From: Guillardia theta CCMP2712
Lineage: Eukaryota > Protista > Cryptophyta
Assembly: GCF_000315625.1 (NCBI RefSeq)
Contig: NW_005434660.1
Span: 358,711 to 422,710 of the forward strand
Length of the DNA stretch: 64,000 nucleotides
Direction of reading: 5' to 3'
Shown here: positions 36,783 to 49,250 of the stretch, one piece after another
Numbering within the stretch: the first letter of the stretch is position 1
Layout: each line of letters opens with the position of its first letter
Notes under the pieces: generated by a model
The model's input: only the letters and a program-made list of their open reading frames with translations
Databases searched by the model: none
What the model was told of the DNA's origin: nothing
Made by a program: the position numbers and the translations under genes

Positions 36783-37815
36783 GGAGTGAGAGGAGAGGAA
36801 GGATGCGAGGGTCCAACTGGTGTTATTCGACACCGAACGAGAAGCTGCTGGTGCTGCAAGAGGCAGTTCGAGTCTGCCTGGCTTCTATCGATCTTACCGT
36901 CTCGTACTGTCTAGTCTAGGAGGCCCTGTGGGGCAGTTAAGGGTGGGAGGAGGGGGAGTACTTCGATGTTGATAAATGTTGACTTGACTTGAAAGCGATG
37001 AACTTGCTGTCCCTTGACACTTATGATTTGCCGGTCTTCGCTTTGTCTGTGCAGGTCCCTTTCCAGAATGCCGAATGTTCTTGGGCGCGCAAATGCGAGA
37101 TGATGTATGCTTGCATGATACGTGCGGATATGCCGGCATGCCATCAGGAGCGCTACAATGCGGAAGAATCGAGACATCTCCTCGATGCTTTGGTTGAGAA
37201 TGTTGAGACACGCAGAGATTCCTTGTGCAGATTGTACTTGTTGTCTTGCGTGGACCCCAGACAAGGCTTTTCACCAATGGAGTTCAATGGATTCGTAAAC
37301 CCAATCCAAAGCCTGGTCAGTCCCGAGCAATTCATTTCATTCACTTTCTGTCCAATAAATCGCAGAAATGCTAAAGCGCAATCACACGACAAAGCTTCAC
37401 AACGGCTTGATCTGACCACTCTAATGTAGCCCAGGCTTGAAAACAAGAGCAATTCCTTGGATCGCTCTGTATGGCACAATCCTGTTGTACACTGAGTATT
37501 GCTGTCAAGGCGACAACCAACAAACCTTCATTCCGTGAAGAAAATTTGTCACTGTATGCTCTAAGCTACTCGAGACTTCTCAAGCCAAGAAAGATTGGGG
37601 ATCCATAACCAGTTGTATTATATCTGTTACCACATTATTGTACACCCTCCATTCTGCTCCTCTGCCCCACAGGGCCTCCTAGACTAGACAGTACGAGACG
37701 GTAAGATCGATAGAAGCCAGGCAGACTCGAACTGCCTCTTGCAGCACCAGCAGCTTCTCGTTCGGTGTCGAATAACACCAGTTGGACCCTCGCATCCTTC
37801 CTCTCCTCTCACTCC

Positions 37816-38178
37816 TTACGAGGACGAAGTGTACTTGGTCACAGCCTTGGTTCCCTCGGACACAGCGTGCTTGGCGAGCTCTCCAGGAAGAATGAGACGC
37901 ACAGCAGTCTGGATCTCGCGAGCAGACAACGTTCCCTTCTTGTTGTACCTCACAAGCTTGCCGGCCTCGTTCGAGATCTTGTCGAAGATGTCCGAGATGA
38001 ACGAGTTCATGATCGACATGGCCTTGGTGGAGATACCGGTGTCAGGGTGAACCTGCTTCAACACCTTGTAGATGTAGATGGAGTAGCTCTCGCTCCTCCT
38101 CTTCTTCTTCTTCTTCTTGTCGCCCTCAGCCTTGGGCTTCTTCTCCTTCTTGGGCTTCTTCTCCTTCTTGGGCGGCAT
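37816..38178 (-). CDS. H2B: Histone H2B, copy 3 (convergent with copy 2)
   Basis: Identical protein, with a synonymous ATT/ATC change. Confidence 0.98.
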   Translation of the reverse strand: MPPKKEKKPKKEKKPKAEGDKKKKKKRRSESYSIYIYKVLKQVHPDTGISTKAMSIMNSFISDIFDKISNEAGKLVRYNKKGTLSAREIQTAVRLILPGELAKHAVSEGTKAVTKYTSSS

Positions 38179-38389
38179 GCCTCCGAACCCCATGCTGCTT
38201 GGTTTGTGCTGGTCGCAGCTGCCGCCTTGTAGTTTAAAGGGCTCGAGCCCCCCGCCCCCTCTCCTCCCTCACCCTCGCCCCGTTGGCTCCCGCCTCCTGT
38301 TTTGATTGTCAGTTACGTCTTGTCCGTTCGGGCTCGCCTCAATGTTCCGACTCAACCAGGGAGTCCGCCTCGCCGAGGGGCTGTACACA

Positions 38390-39085
38390 AGTTTGACCCG
38401 GTATAATCATATAAATGGGTTATATAAGTTATTGTTACACCCCTACAAGTCTCGATTGAGTTTCTGGGTACGGTACCCCCGAAAAGGACTTTAAAACGTT
38501 TTGTACATGTAAATCAAAGCCATGATGACAGATTTTAAAAATTTTCCGTATACAAAGATAAAAACACTTATACATATACATGCCCGCAACTGTAGGATAT
38601 CTCCGATGCGCATGCATGGGACATCGCATTGTTCTATTGATAGTCCAATTATGAAATATCTGACCCCCAGGTGGATGCTTTTACCTTGTGAAGGAGTAAA
38701 GAGGGACAGAAGGTCCATGTATGCCATAGGATTGCTACGAGTGTCCTATTGGAGGGTCATAGGCGCAGACATCTCTGGAGCGGCGGAGACTTTTTTAAAC
38801 CTCTCTATTTTTTTTTTCTGTGGCGGCACAATTGTTGGTAGGGAATGTAGGCGAATAGCAAAATTGTTGTAGACTTTCCCTATACAGATTGTACCGTATT
38901 TGTTGTACCAAGATCCTGAGTTATAAAGTATGGATCAATTTTTCATACAAACGTTTACTTCAAACCAAGTAATTTCAACATTCTGCTACAATATATAATT
39001 ATTTGTATGAAGTCCTTTACTCATATATAATACGGTATAATCAAATTTTAGTACCTTCAGTCGCAGCGCAGGGATGCATTACTAG
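38390..39085 (+). mobile_element. AT-rich insert with a possible Helitron-like 3' end
   Basis: An abruptly AT-rich block ends ...tcgcagcgcagggatgcattaCTAG|T. The hairpin is weak and no 5' end was identified. Confidence 0.2.
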
Positions 39086-39688
39086 TGATGGAGGTCAAGA
39101 GGCAGAACAACGGAGTGCAAACAAGATGCGAGAGCAACAGAGGAACGTGAGAGGAACATGAGATATGCAGGGAACTTAGAAGCTGCCGTGCTTCTGTGAG
39201 AGAAGCTCTCCTCGTTAACTCAGCTTCTTGGACTTCATGCGTAAGCAGGAACGCAATCTGTCACAGAGGAGCGATGAGTTGTAGGTTTGTGCGTTTGGCC
39301 TGTCTATGGCTTGAGTGCCATCTGACGAGGGGCTCAAATAACTCCAGGATAGGCTTTGTAAATGGTCTATTCCATACTGACTTGATGCTTAGAGACTCGT
39401 ATATAGTGTTTGAAGGGTAAATGACAGCGACTATGAGGCTTGATTGTGCAGGATTATGAAAAGAACTGAATGAATCTGTTTTACTTTCAGAAAATGATTC
39501 AAGATGGTAAAGTTGATTCGTGTTCATGCTTGTAATCCTGTATATCGTATTGTTCTTTTACCCTTGAAGAGGAAAAAGTCTGTTCCCGATTTTTTCAAGT
39601 CGCGTGACAATTTTCACAGGATTTTGCCGGAATCAGCAGTGGCGGGAATATTTATGTTGTGATATTGTATAACATTTGAAGGAGGAGA

Positions 39689-41396
39689 ATGTCATACAAC
39701 GCAGGAACAGCTGCGGCAGCATCAAACGAGTCCAGAGGAGCAGCTGCAGGCGGTGGCGTGCCAGCTGTTAATGATGAACATGAGCCGATCATCCCGACTG
39801 ACGCATGCCAATTTGACACCCTCTTCGGAATCGCTGGGAAGAAAGATGTGGTTGCGCAAGGGCAAGTTGATCCGGAGGAGTTGCATGTGGAGGGGTTTGA
39901 CCAGTTCTTCGGCGGTCAGACGATGTTCTACGATTCGTTGGAAACCACTGACGCTGCGGGTAACAAACTTCAGAAGGAGAACAGCATGTCGAGGGCTGCT
40001 GTCGGAAATGGTCGCAGTGCAGAGCCAGAAGGAGCAGCGGCTTTGAAGCTGAATAGCTTTGAATCCCCCAAGCCAGCAGCAACAGAGGACACTGAGAGTC
40101 AGAATGTTGTACGAGTTCGTGTTGTCCATGGTCTGTCTACGGTTTCCAACGACCGTTTGAAGCGAGCACTAGTGGTGCTTGGAAAACAACCAGCAGGGAT
40201 TGAGGCGGGTCGACAGCTCGTTCATGATATCTGTCAGACTGACTTTTTCGAGGAGATCATGATTGCAAATACTGAGAGTATTGTAGAATATCAAGGAAGA
40301 AGAGTAGAATCCGTGAAGCAGATAATGATCGACCTCGATCATATTGATGAAGAAGCTCTCGCTGGTTACGATGTCGCGTTTTGCTTTGTAGGGTAATACT
40401 TGAGAGCCGTCACCGGCTATCGCATGACCTTTGTTGCATTGCAGGCATGTCAAAGAGGAGGCAGGAGTTGACGGGTTTTGGAGTGTTCTGGAAAAATTGG
40501 GACCAAGTGGGTTGGAGGAAATCGAGAAGACAAACCATGTTCAAGTGGTCAATCTTGCAAAAGCATTGGTCGCAAATGGATGCCTCCACTTTCACTTGCT
40601 GTCGTCGGCCAACGCTGAATCAGAAAGCCACTTGGCATTTTCTAAGGTATATCTGATCATCCCGCAGGGAGAGGGAACTCAGGGTATTTGCAGGCAAAGG
40701 GTGCAGCAGAAAAAGAAATAGCCGAGATTGGATTCAAGAGGTTAGTGATATACCGCCCCGGATTCTTGCGAGGCAAGAAGGTCAACAGTGTCGGGGATGC
40801 GCTCACGGCGTTCTTTGCCGTTCCAGTGAGTGTGACGTTGGATCAAGTGATTCGTCTGAAGACTTTTTAGGCCCTGGAAGTATTCTATCCTACCGATGCC
40901 AGCGTCAGTGTAATGTCTCTCTCAAAAGCCATTCTTTCAAGAGCTGCTGCGAACCAGTGTCAAGATTTTGAGGTGCGGTCTTTCGGTGAAGGTGTTTTGT
41001 GTTTACAATATGAACCTTTTTCTGCAGCTCTTGGAGAACGAAGACATCTTGAAGGCTGCAGAATCGCCGGGGGATGGATGGTTTCCAGCACACAAGCTTC
41101 CAGAGTTAGATAGGATGGAGTGGGACAAGGGCGACAAGGTTGCGAAGTCTTGGGCGGATAGCAACAAGGAGGATCCGTTGCTTGAGATGTTTGAGGCAGG
41201 TGGGGCAGAGCAGGAGAAGAGGCAAGAGAAGGCCGAGGGCGATGACTTCAAGTTTCCTAACTTTTTTGGAGACAAGAAGGGGGAGGAGAAGAAGGGCGAG
41301 GCGGGTTGGTTCGGCAATCTGAAACTGCCTTTCATGTCCTCCGAGGTTGAAAGCAAGGAAGTGCAGACAGAGCCCGAGCGAGTTCACTTAGCCTGA
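39689..41396 (+). CDS. TIP30/CC3 (HTATIP2)-like atypical SDR with N- and C-terminal extensions, ~5 exons
   Basis: GYDVAFCFVG, FHLLSSANA...AFSKAKGAAEKEIAEIGFKRLVIYRPGFL. Confidence 0.75.
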
Positions 41397-41497
41397 TCGA
41401 ACATTGTAAGGAATGCAGTCTGAATGGTTTAATCACTTTACAGCAAGCTACAGCTCCCTTCCCCATTTTTGTATGTACAACTTTACATGACAGCAGC

Positions 41498-44400
41498 CTA
41501 CAAGCCGCTCTCGGCAAGGAGCTTCTTCCTTATCTTGTCGTTGCCCGGCAGTGCTGCAGTCCTCCACTTCTCCAGCTCGTTCTGCGTGTCGTTGAGCATC
41601 TCCTGCGACACAGTCAGGGCAGCAGCAGCTAGAGGAGCATCAGGCGAGAAGGGGACAAGAGAAGGGCAAACAGAAGGATCCGAGGAGAGGTCAGAGGAGA
41701 ACGGAAGGTACCGTAAGCATCTCGATGTTCTTAGCGTTGGCTTCCTTCACATACTCCGCTTCCTCCCTTGTCCGCGCGCAACGACTGCAGTCCGCATGCC
41801 CCGAGCCAGCGGCCCCCCGGCCTTCATGCGGGCTCGTCAGACTTTGCTCGAGCTGACGGGCGTGACTACGACAGAGGGAGTTCTCCAGCAGCAGCTCCTG
41901 CACCTTCTTCTCCATCGCATGTCTGTTCTGCCTCACTTGCTCCTTCACCCCCTCAACCTCCCCCCGCAGCGACAAGAGGATCTGGCGAAGCTGACATGAG
42001 AAGCATGACGCCCTCCCGTCGCCTCCCTCATCACCTGCCCCTCCAAGCTCGCCAGTTGTTCCTCTATCTCGTCCAGAGCTCCTGAGAACCTGCAGGGGAT
42101 CAGCGTCAGAATCCTCCGGCCCAACGAGAGCTGCAGCACCTCCTGCTTTCCCAATTGTCCATGAAAGTTCCCGCATGCCCCCGCTCTGCCTCCTCCTTGG
42201 CGGGCCCAGGAGACCTTCCCCCTCCCTCTGCCCTCCTCCTCATGATCTCGCTCACGGCCAGTCTCAGCTGCATCTCCAGCTCCTCCGCGTCTCCTCGCTG
42301 CAGGATCGCCTCAGTGTCGTCAAGATCTACATCCCCCGCCATGAGGTGCTGTTCATGCTGCTGCTGCTGTTGTTGCTGCTGCTGGTGGTGGAGGCTGTTC
42401 CTCCGGAGGACCTCTAGCTCCTCTCTCAGCCCGCGAGCCTCGCAGAGTGCTCCTGCTAGCTCTGCCGCGAGTTTTGCCTCCTCCTCTGCCGCCTTGTCCT
42501 TGTCGCTCTGAAGCTGCTTCTGCTTGTTGAGCGCCACTTGCAGGCGATGGGCGATCTCTGCGTTCTGCTTGCTGAGGTTGGAGTGAATCTGCCCAGATGG
42601 TTAGGAAAAGAAAAGAAGAGACGAGACAAGACGAGACAAGACGAGACGAGATGAGATGAGATGAGATGAGATGAGATGAGATGAGATGAGATGAGATGAG
42701 ATGAGATGAGATGAGATGAGATGAGATGAGATGAGATGAGATGAGATGAGAGGAGAGGAGATGAGATGAGATGTAAGAAAGGTGACAAGAAGAGAATAGA
42801 AGGAACAAAGGAGAAGAGTCGTTGGATGTGAGGATGAGAGAAACGGATACTGACATCTTTTTCTCTTTCAATCTCTTGTTGCAAGTCTTGAACCGTCTGA
42901 AGCGTTTCCTGATCGCGCAGCTGAAGACATGAGGGTGAATATGAAGAGTGGGGGGGGTTTGTTTGCAAGCAGAACAGATCAGGTGCAAACACACCTGGGA
43001 CGGCTCCTCTCTCAGCCTCTTCATTTCTTCCTTGAGTTGTCGATTCTCCTGTGAAAGCAAGAGAAGAATTTCAGAGAGGAGAGAGAGAGGACGAAAGAAG
43101 GAGAAGGGGAATTGAGCTGACATTGAGACGAGAAACTAGGAGTGAGAAACAACGAAGGAACGAGAAGAGAAGGAGAGGAGGCGACAGAAGTGAGAACCCT
43201 AGATACCTCACGCAGTTGGTCTTCCTGCAGCTGATTGGCAGCCTGTCGCTGAAGTAGCTCGTCGATCGCTTGAAGGTCGTTGGCCCTACGCAAGTCGATG
43301 AGAACAGCAGACGATGAAGAGGCAGAGAGAAAAAGGAAAGCGAGCAGGGAAGCGAGGGGCAGGAAGGAGACTCTGCTTGTTACCTTCTTGCAAGGAGCTT
43401 TTCGATCTCATCTTTCATACTTGACATCATGTGAGCATCGAGTGCTTCGCCCCCTGGCCTGTTCCTCCTCTCCTCCCTCCTCGCTTCTCTCTCCTCCAGC
43501 TCCTCCATCGCCTCTGCGTTGTTTTCTTGTCCCGACAAGATTTCCTTCATCTCCTTCTCGCGCCTCAGTATCACCAGCTCCTGCTCAGTCCATCCGGTCA
43601 ATCTCATCGCCAACGAATCAAAACAACAACACAAGAGACTAGGCTGTCCCACATTCCCCTCCATCCTGCTCCTCCTGCTCCTCCTACTCCTCCTCACCTG
43701 CATCATGGCCTCTGCCTTCATGTTGCCCACGTGCTGGGCTGCCGTCAAAGCAGCCTAAACAATCAATCAAGACATTGTCGAGCCAAAACCTTTCTCCTCC
43801 CTCCCTCCCTCCCTCCCTCCCTCCCTCCCTCCCTGGTGTATGCACACCCTCCCTCCCCAACTATCCCCAAGCCCCTCCCTTCAGGCCTACTCCCCGCCCT
43901 CCCTCTCAGCTGGAGCCCAGCAGCTACATTGAGAGCGATGGAAGACTTGTGAAGATCTTTCTCGTGCTCCTGCAGCAGCTCCTCGTAGTCGCTGTTGCTC
44001 TCTTGAAGCAGCTCAGCCAGTCGCTCGACCTGCCCAAGTTCCTCACCGTCAGCCCTCAGCTCCAGCAGCCCAACGAGTCAAAGAGGGTTTGACGCATTCA
44101 AACTGTGACGCCTCCTCTCCATTGACTCCAGTAGGCAGCGATGAGAGGCAGGCAGGCAGGCAGGCAAAGCAGCACATCTTGCAAGGTTTTCCATGGATGA
44201 TCATGACAGGTACCTGAGAGCTCAAAGACCGATTCTTCTCTGCCATCGCAATCAGCTTTACGTTCATCTGCTGACATGTAAAGCAGGGCGTCTCAAGAGT
44301 TTTCTCATCAACCTCTTCGATGTCGAGTTGGAGTTTCTTCACAAGGTCTTGACCAATGTCTTCCCGATCACTCTCATCATCATCATTGTCCCTGACGCGA

Positions 44401-46999
44401 ACCACGCCCGCATTCTTCTTCCGTTCCATCTCCAACTCTTGCTTGCTGGACATGAGCTCATCCTCGAGGTCTCTCACTCGTTGAACCATCTTCTTCATCT
44501 CGGACTTCTCATCGCCACTCTCCACTTCTCCCCCGCTCTCGACATCCTCATCGCTCGACGAGCTGTCTACCTCCACATCCTTGGCTTGGAACTTGTCGTC
44601 ATCATCTTCTCTCCTCACTGTGCTGTAGTTCGACGCCGCTGACTCCCCCCTGCCATGAACAGGTCAGGTCAACGTGTCTGCTGTGTGGACCTTTCCGTCT
44701 CCTCCTGCTCTCCCTCCCTCCTTCTCTCCTCCTGCACTCCATCCAACTTCATCACCTGCTCTCGTCCTCATGGAGAAACTCGTTGAGCTTCTGCGGCTGC
44801 AACAGCGCGAGCGTCAGACTTCAGGCCAGGGAGTGGAGGGAGAGGAAAGTCTCCTCCTTACCTCAGCGAGAGCATGCTGCTTGTCCGCCTCACCCGCCTC
44901 AGCCGTTAGCTGCAAAGATCCCAGTAAGGCCACAGGCAAGCAACGGATTCCAGAACCTTGGCGACGGGGAGGAGGTGGAGGAAGACGTGCTCGATCTCTT
45001 GTATCACATGCGCGTCCTCGTGGTGCTCCCTCCTCAGCTCCTGCAGCCTCTCCACGCACCATGTCACGCTCCTTTCCGCCTGCTGGAGGGCGTCAGCGCT
45101 GCTGGGCTCAACCAGCGAGGCAGTCGGGGGCGTCGAAGTTGAAGGTGAGGAGGAGGCAGCAACTTGTTGACTCACCTCGTCAAAGAGCAAGTTCGTCTCA
45201 GATGACCTCGCAATGGGAGAGATGTCGTCCCTCTTGCTCCTCAGGGAGAGGTCGAGGTCGCCCGACAGCGAGGGACTAGAGGCGCCCAGTGCGACAGGAG
45301 CGAAGGTCTCTGAGACTTCGCGGGGAGGAGGGAGAGGTCCTCGAGCCACGTCAATCTGGTCCTCATCCGCATGCTCGACCGCAATGGTCTGCGTGTGGAT
45401 CGCATTGTTGAGTACCGTCGTGGTCTGAGCAGACTGATCGGTGATGTTGACAAGGGCTGTTTGAGCAGACATGTCGACAAGATCGGAAGTCTCGGTCTGC
45501 GTCGTCATCTCGTCGTTGTGATTCCGCACAGTCTGAATTTCTACGTGGGTGCCCTGAGTGTTCGTCTGACGTTCTCTGTGCATGACGTGCAATTCATCGG
45601 CGACATTCACAGCTTCTGTTTGAGAAGATTCGTGCTGCAAATGGCGGGTGACCGTCTCGGACAAGTTGCTGTCCAGGCTCTGAGGTGTTTGAGCCTCGGC
45701 GTCTACAACTTCACGGTCCACCGTCTGGCATTCCGAGTCCTGCAAATCAGGATCGTGGAAGCGATTGGAAAATCCCTCCCCTCGCCTCGACACCGTCCCT
45801 TGTGCCTCGAAACTATCTTCGTCGCCCTCGTCCATCCTTACATCCCACGTTTGGGTCGAAACAGAAGCAAGAGGAAGAGGTTCAGTCGAGCACATCTCGT
45901 CCACAGAGGACCAGCAGGCCGCAGCCTGAGCCTCCCTGCCTTCAGCTGACGACCTGCCCCCAGGAGCATCCTCCCCTTGCCCTTCCCTTCCACTCAGGAT
46001 TTCACATTGTGCATGCACGTCATGCAGGCATGAGCTGCGCCATTCCATGAACCACTTGCGGAAGGCAATCATTCCTGCTCTGTTCTGCCATCGGAAGCAC
46101 ATCCTGCGACTCAGGTACTGCCTGAAGAACTTGAGCGTTTTCGCCCTCTCCACAGATACGTCGAGCGATATGCCTGCTAACGCAGCAAGTCACCACTAGC
46201 TCTGAAAAAACATCGAAATTTCATAGTTGTCGATCAAGCAAGGCAGATAGGACAGTCCAGGTCACAACATGTGACTTGTCCTACCTCGGCTTGCTTCACC
46301 GGCTAAGGCCCTCTCCAGCCGACTTTCCAACGCTTCACGAGCTCCAACTTCCTGCAAGTCACGCAAGGCTCGTCAAAAACCTTCCTGCTGCCGCAAACTA
46401 AGATAGTTCACCTTCATCAACATGTCTCGAAACGAATTGAGTTGAAACTCAAGATTTTGGGAGGTTTCATGGTTAAACAGTTGCGAATCTCGACCTCGAA
46501 CTATGCTGAGACCAAGGATAGAAAGCTCGCTCTCCCCACGATGAGCACCTTTGGAGGACGCTTCCGCTTCCATCTTGGACTGTGGCAAAGGGCTTTCCAT
46601 GCTTGTCGTGCTAAATGTCTCCAGACCTTCACGGCCTGTGACATGAGCACGTGGTGATGGCTGGGGCTCTTGAGCCCCATGCTCATTCGCTGGCTCTCTT
46701 TTCATAACTGGCACGTTATCATGCTGCCTTCCATCTTTCTTGGTGTCGGCTCTGATCTCAGGCTGCAAAGGCTCTCTACGATGCTCCTCCTGCTCTCTCG
46801 CACAGGAGGCACCCCTCGAAGCCGCCAAGTCTTTGTGACCCATCGCCTCGGCCCTACTGTGGGAGGGCTCATCTTCCAGCTCGTCCACCACCATCTTGCG
46901 CTCTCCTGGAGGCACAAGTGCGGATCCCTTCCTCTCATCGAGGAGGAGCTTTCGGCTCTCCACCGCCAAGCGGATGAGCGACCTTACCCCTCCTCCCAT
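41498..46999 (-). CDS. Large multi-exon coiled-coil protein with xQT repeats
   Basis: Many E/K/Q-rich heptad exons separated by GT-AG introns. A cluster of TQT/CQT/AQT/SQT motifs lies at ~45380-45870. Confidence 0.65.
42619..42772. repeat. (GAGAT)n pentanucleotide microsatellite, intronic
   Basis: Tandem gagac/gagat units. Confidence 0.95.
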
Positions 47000-49250
47000 T
47001 ACGCCATCGACCCGTTACGGTAGCAGGATGTACGTAACGTTTCCATAACGACCATATCCCTACCCCCATCGACTAGACCATTTTGCTGTAATTTGCTAAG
47101 GTGGGTAGACCAACTACCCTTCTTTTTACCGATGTATCCTTACAACCCCTCCTGTCATCACACAAAAACGATCTTTACCCCATCCTTCCCCTCTTTGTAC
47201 CCCACCTTCTCCCACTACCCCACCCCTTCGGATATGATCTTACCTACATTGTGTAGGTGATTGTTCCTCCACTTGGGGGAATCGAGATCCTTTGTTTAAC
47301 CGTTACATGTGTATAACTGCCATGGTGATCGGATCCGGATGAATGATTGCCCGGCTGAGTGCCGGCCGCCGGCCGGGCCAGCCCGGTTGGGGGCACGGTG
47401 CCGCGGTGCGCGGCCCGGCGCCGCGCGGGGGCCCCACGGGTGACGGGCGGCCGGCACCCGGGATGGGGTGATCCGATCCGGCGAGGCGGGACTGAGGCGG
47501 GGGTTCAAGTTAGCCTGGCGGCCCCGGCGGGGGGGGCGGGGGAGCCGCTGAGCATCGTCACTGTGACAGTACGGTAAAGTTCCGTCCCGGCTGCCACTCA
47601 ATGGCCGCGGCAGCCCAGGCTGCCTGCCAGGCTGAGGGCCCCCGGCCCGGGCCGCCTCTCAGTTCTCAGCGGTCGGGCCCGGCGTCACACCTCCGCCGAG
47701 GCGGAGGCTCAGTGCCCCCGGCCCGGGCGGCCGGCGGCCCGCCCCCGCGGCCGGGCTGCCGATCATCAGTGGCGCACTGCGCGGCACCGGCGGCGTGACT
47801 GCCGCACTGAGCCTGACCCGGTTTTCGAGCGGCCCGGCCGCTCCCGGCGCGCGTGGCCGCGGAGCCCGCCGGGCGGGCCCTTCACACGCCGCCGCCCGGT
47901 CAGCTGGACTGGGTGGGTTGGCGGTCGAGGGCCCGCCTCAGGCAGAGGCCTAACAACGAATAATTGAGTACGTCCATCACTGCTGGGGGAGTGGAAGGAG
48001 GTGGGGTAGTGAGGAGATGTAGGGTCCAACATTTGTGCAGGAACGATGTAGGATCATCAAGGTGGGTACTAGTTGCATATTTCATATATCCATGACTATA
48101 TTTTCTGAAAGTGATACAGGGTACATCGGAATAGCAAATGGAAAGTTGCAAGGGCGGGTGGGGGTAGTCACAAGGACGGATCTCAGTACCGGTGGGGAAC
48201 TAAAAGTATTTTAGGTTAGTACTGGAGTGATTAGTCAATCAAACGGTACCCTGGCGTTGGAGAGGATGAGCTGAGGAGGCGGTGGGGGCGGGAAATGGAA
48301 CGGGAAGGAGGAAGGGAGGGAGGGGCGGGGCGAGGAGGGACCCAGGATGGCATACAATGGAGAGGAGAAGGACGATCTAGTACTTCAAGAGGAGATGAAG
48401 AGAGGAGGAGACAGCTGACGAGGAAGCCAGCTGAGGGGCTCTCTTGCGAGTGTGGAGGGAGCCGAGCTGAGCAAGGGAGAAGTAGGAGGCTGGGAGAGGG
48501 GGGCAATGAAGAAGATTTGGAGCAAACAGCAGTGAGAAAGATCTGCTTTTGTTGGGTAGTGTAGATGGGCGTTTCAAGATCAGAAAACGGAAGTAGGCGG
48601 GTGATAGCTATTGTAGAGCAGTTGGTGACAAAACGAAAACCAGCTCATGTAATAATGTATGAGAGCCAGCAGGTCACATCTGTGCAAATCGCGGAGTGTA
48701 GTATGAATGCTTCCTTTTTTGACTTGGTTGTTACAACTTGGTTTGCATTTTGTGGGTATTTCCTGAATATCTTTGGCAGAGCTCACAATGCTCCGATCCG
48801 GAAATCACCAAAATGCACCGAATAATAATGTGCAGAGGAAGTAATGTCGACCTCGCATTTTGTTGAAGTCTGATGGGACGGTTTAAAGGAAAGGAGATTT
48901 TCAACACAAGAAGGACGATCTGGAGTTTGGATCGATGGAAGAAGGAGAGGCACCAACGAAGAAAACACCTGCCAACCATCACAATCAAACCAGTGCTGAC
49001 AAAGAGAACCAACGAAACTGGGCATCCATTGCAACTGGTGACTGAAAGAACTTTTGCGCTTGTTGGGCTTGTCTGTTGCAAATCAAATGATGAGCTGCAT
49101 GCCTCTTTGCCTTTGGACTTTCATGTATGTTAATTTGTCATTCTGGGTGATCTTACGTGCCATGGATTGATATGATCCGATTATTCTAAAAGATGCATGC
49201 CCCGTGGGGAGTGGGGAGGTTCAACTCTGACATGATTGCAAGGTGGGGCA

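Noticed and set aside
36814-36890. True tRNA gene in the H2B 3' UTR
   Set aside because: There are no D or anticodon arms and no full-length cloverleaf. It is kept only as a tRNA-like fold.
36989-37429. 146-codon ORF between H2B copies 2 and 3
   Set aside because: No recognisable domain, and overlapping ORFs of similar size on both strands. It may be a gene fragment but is unsupported.
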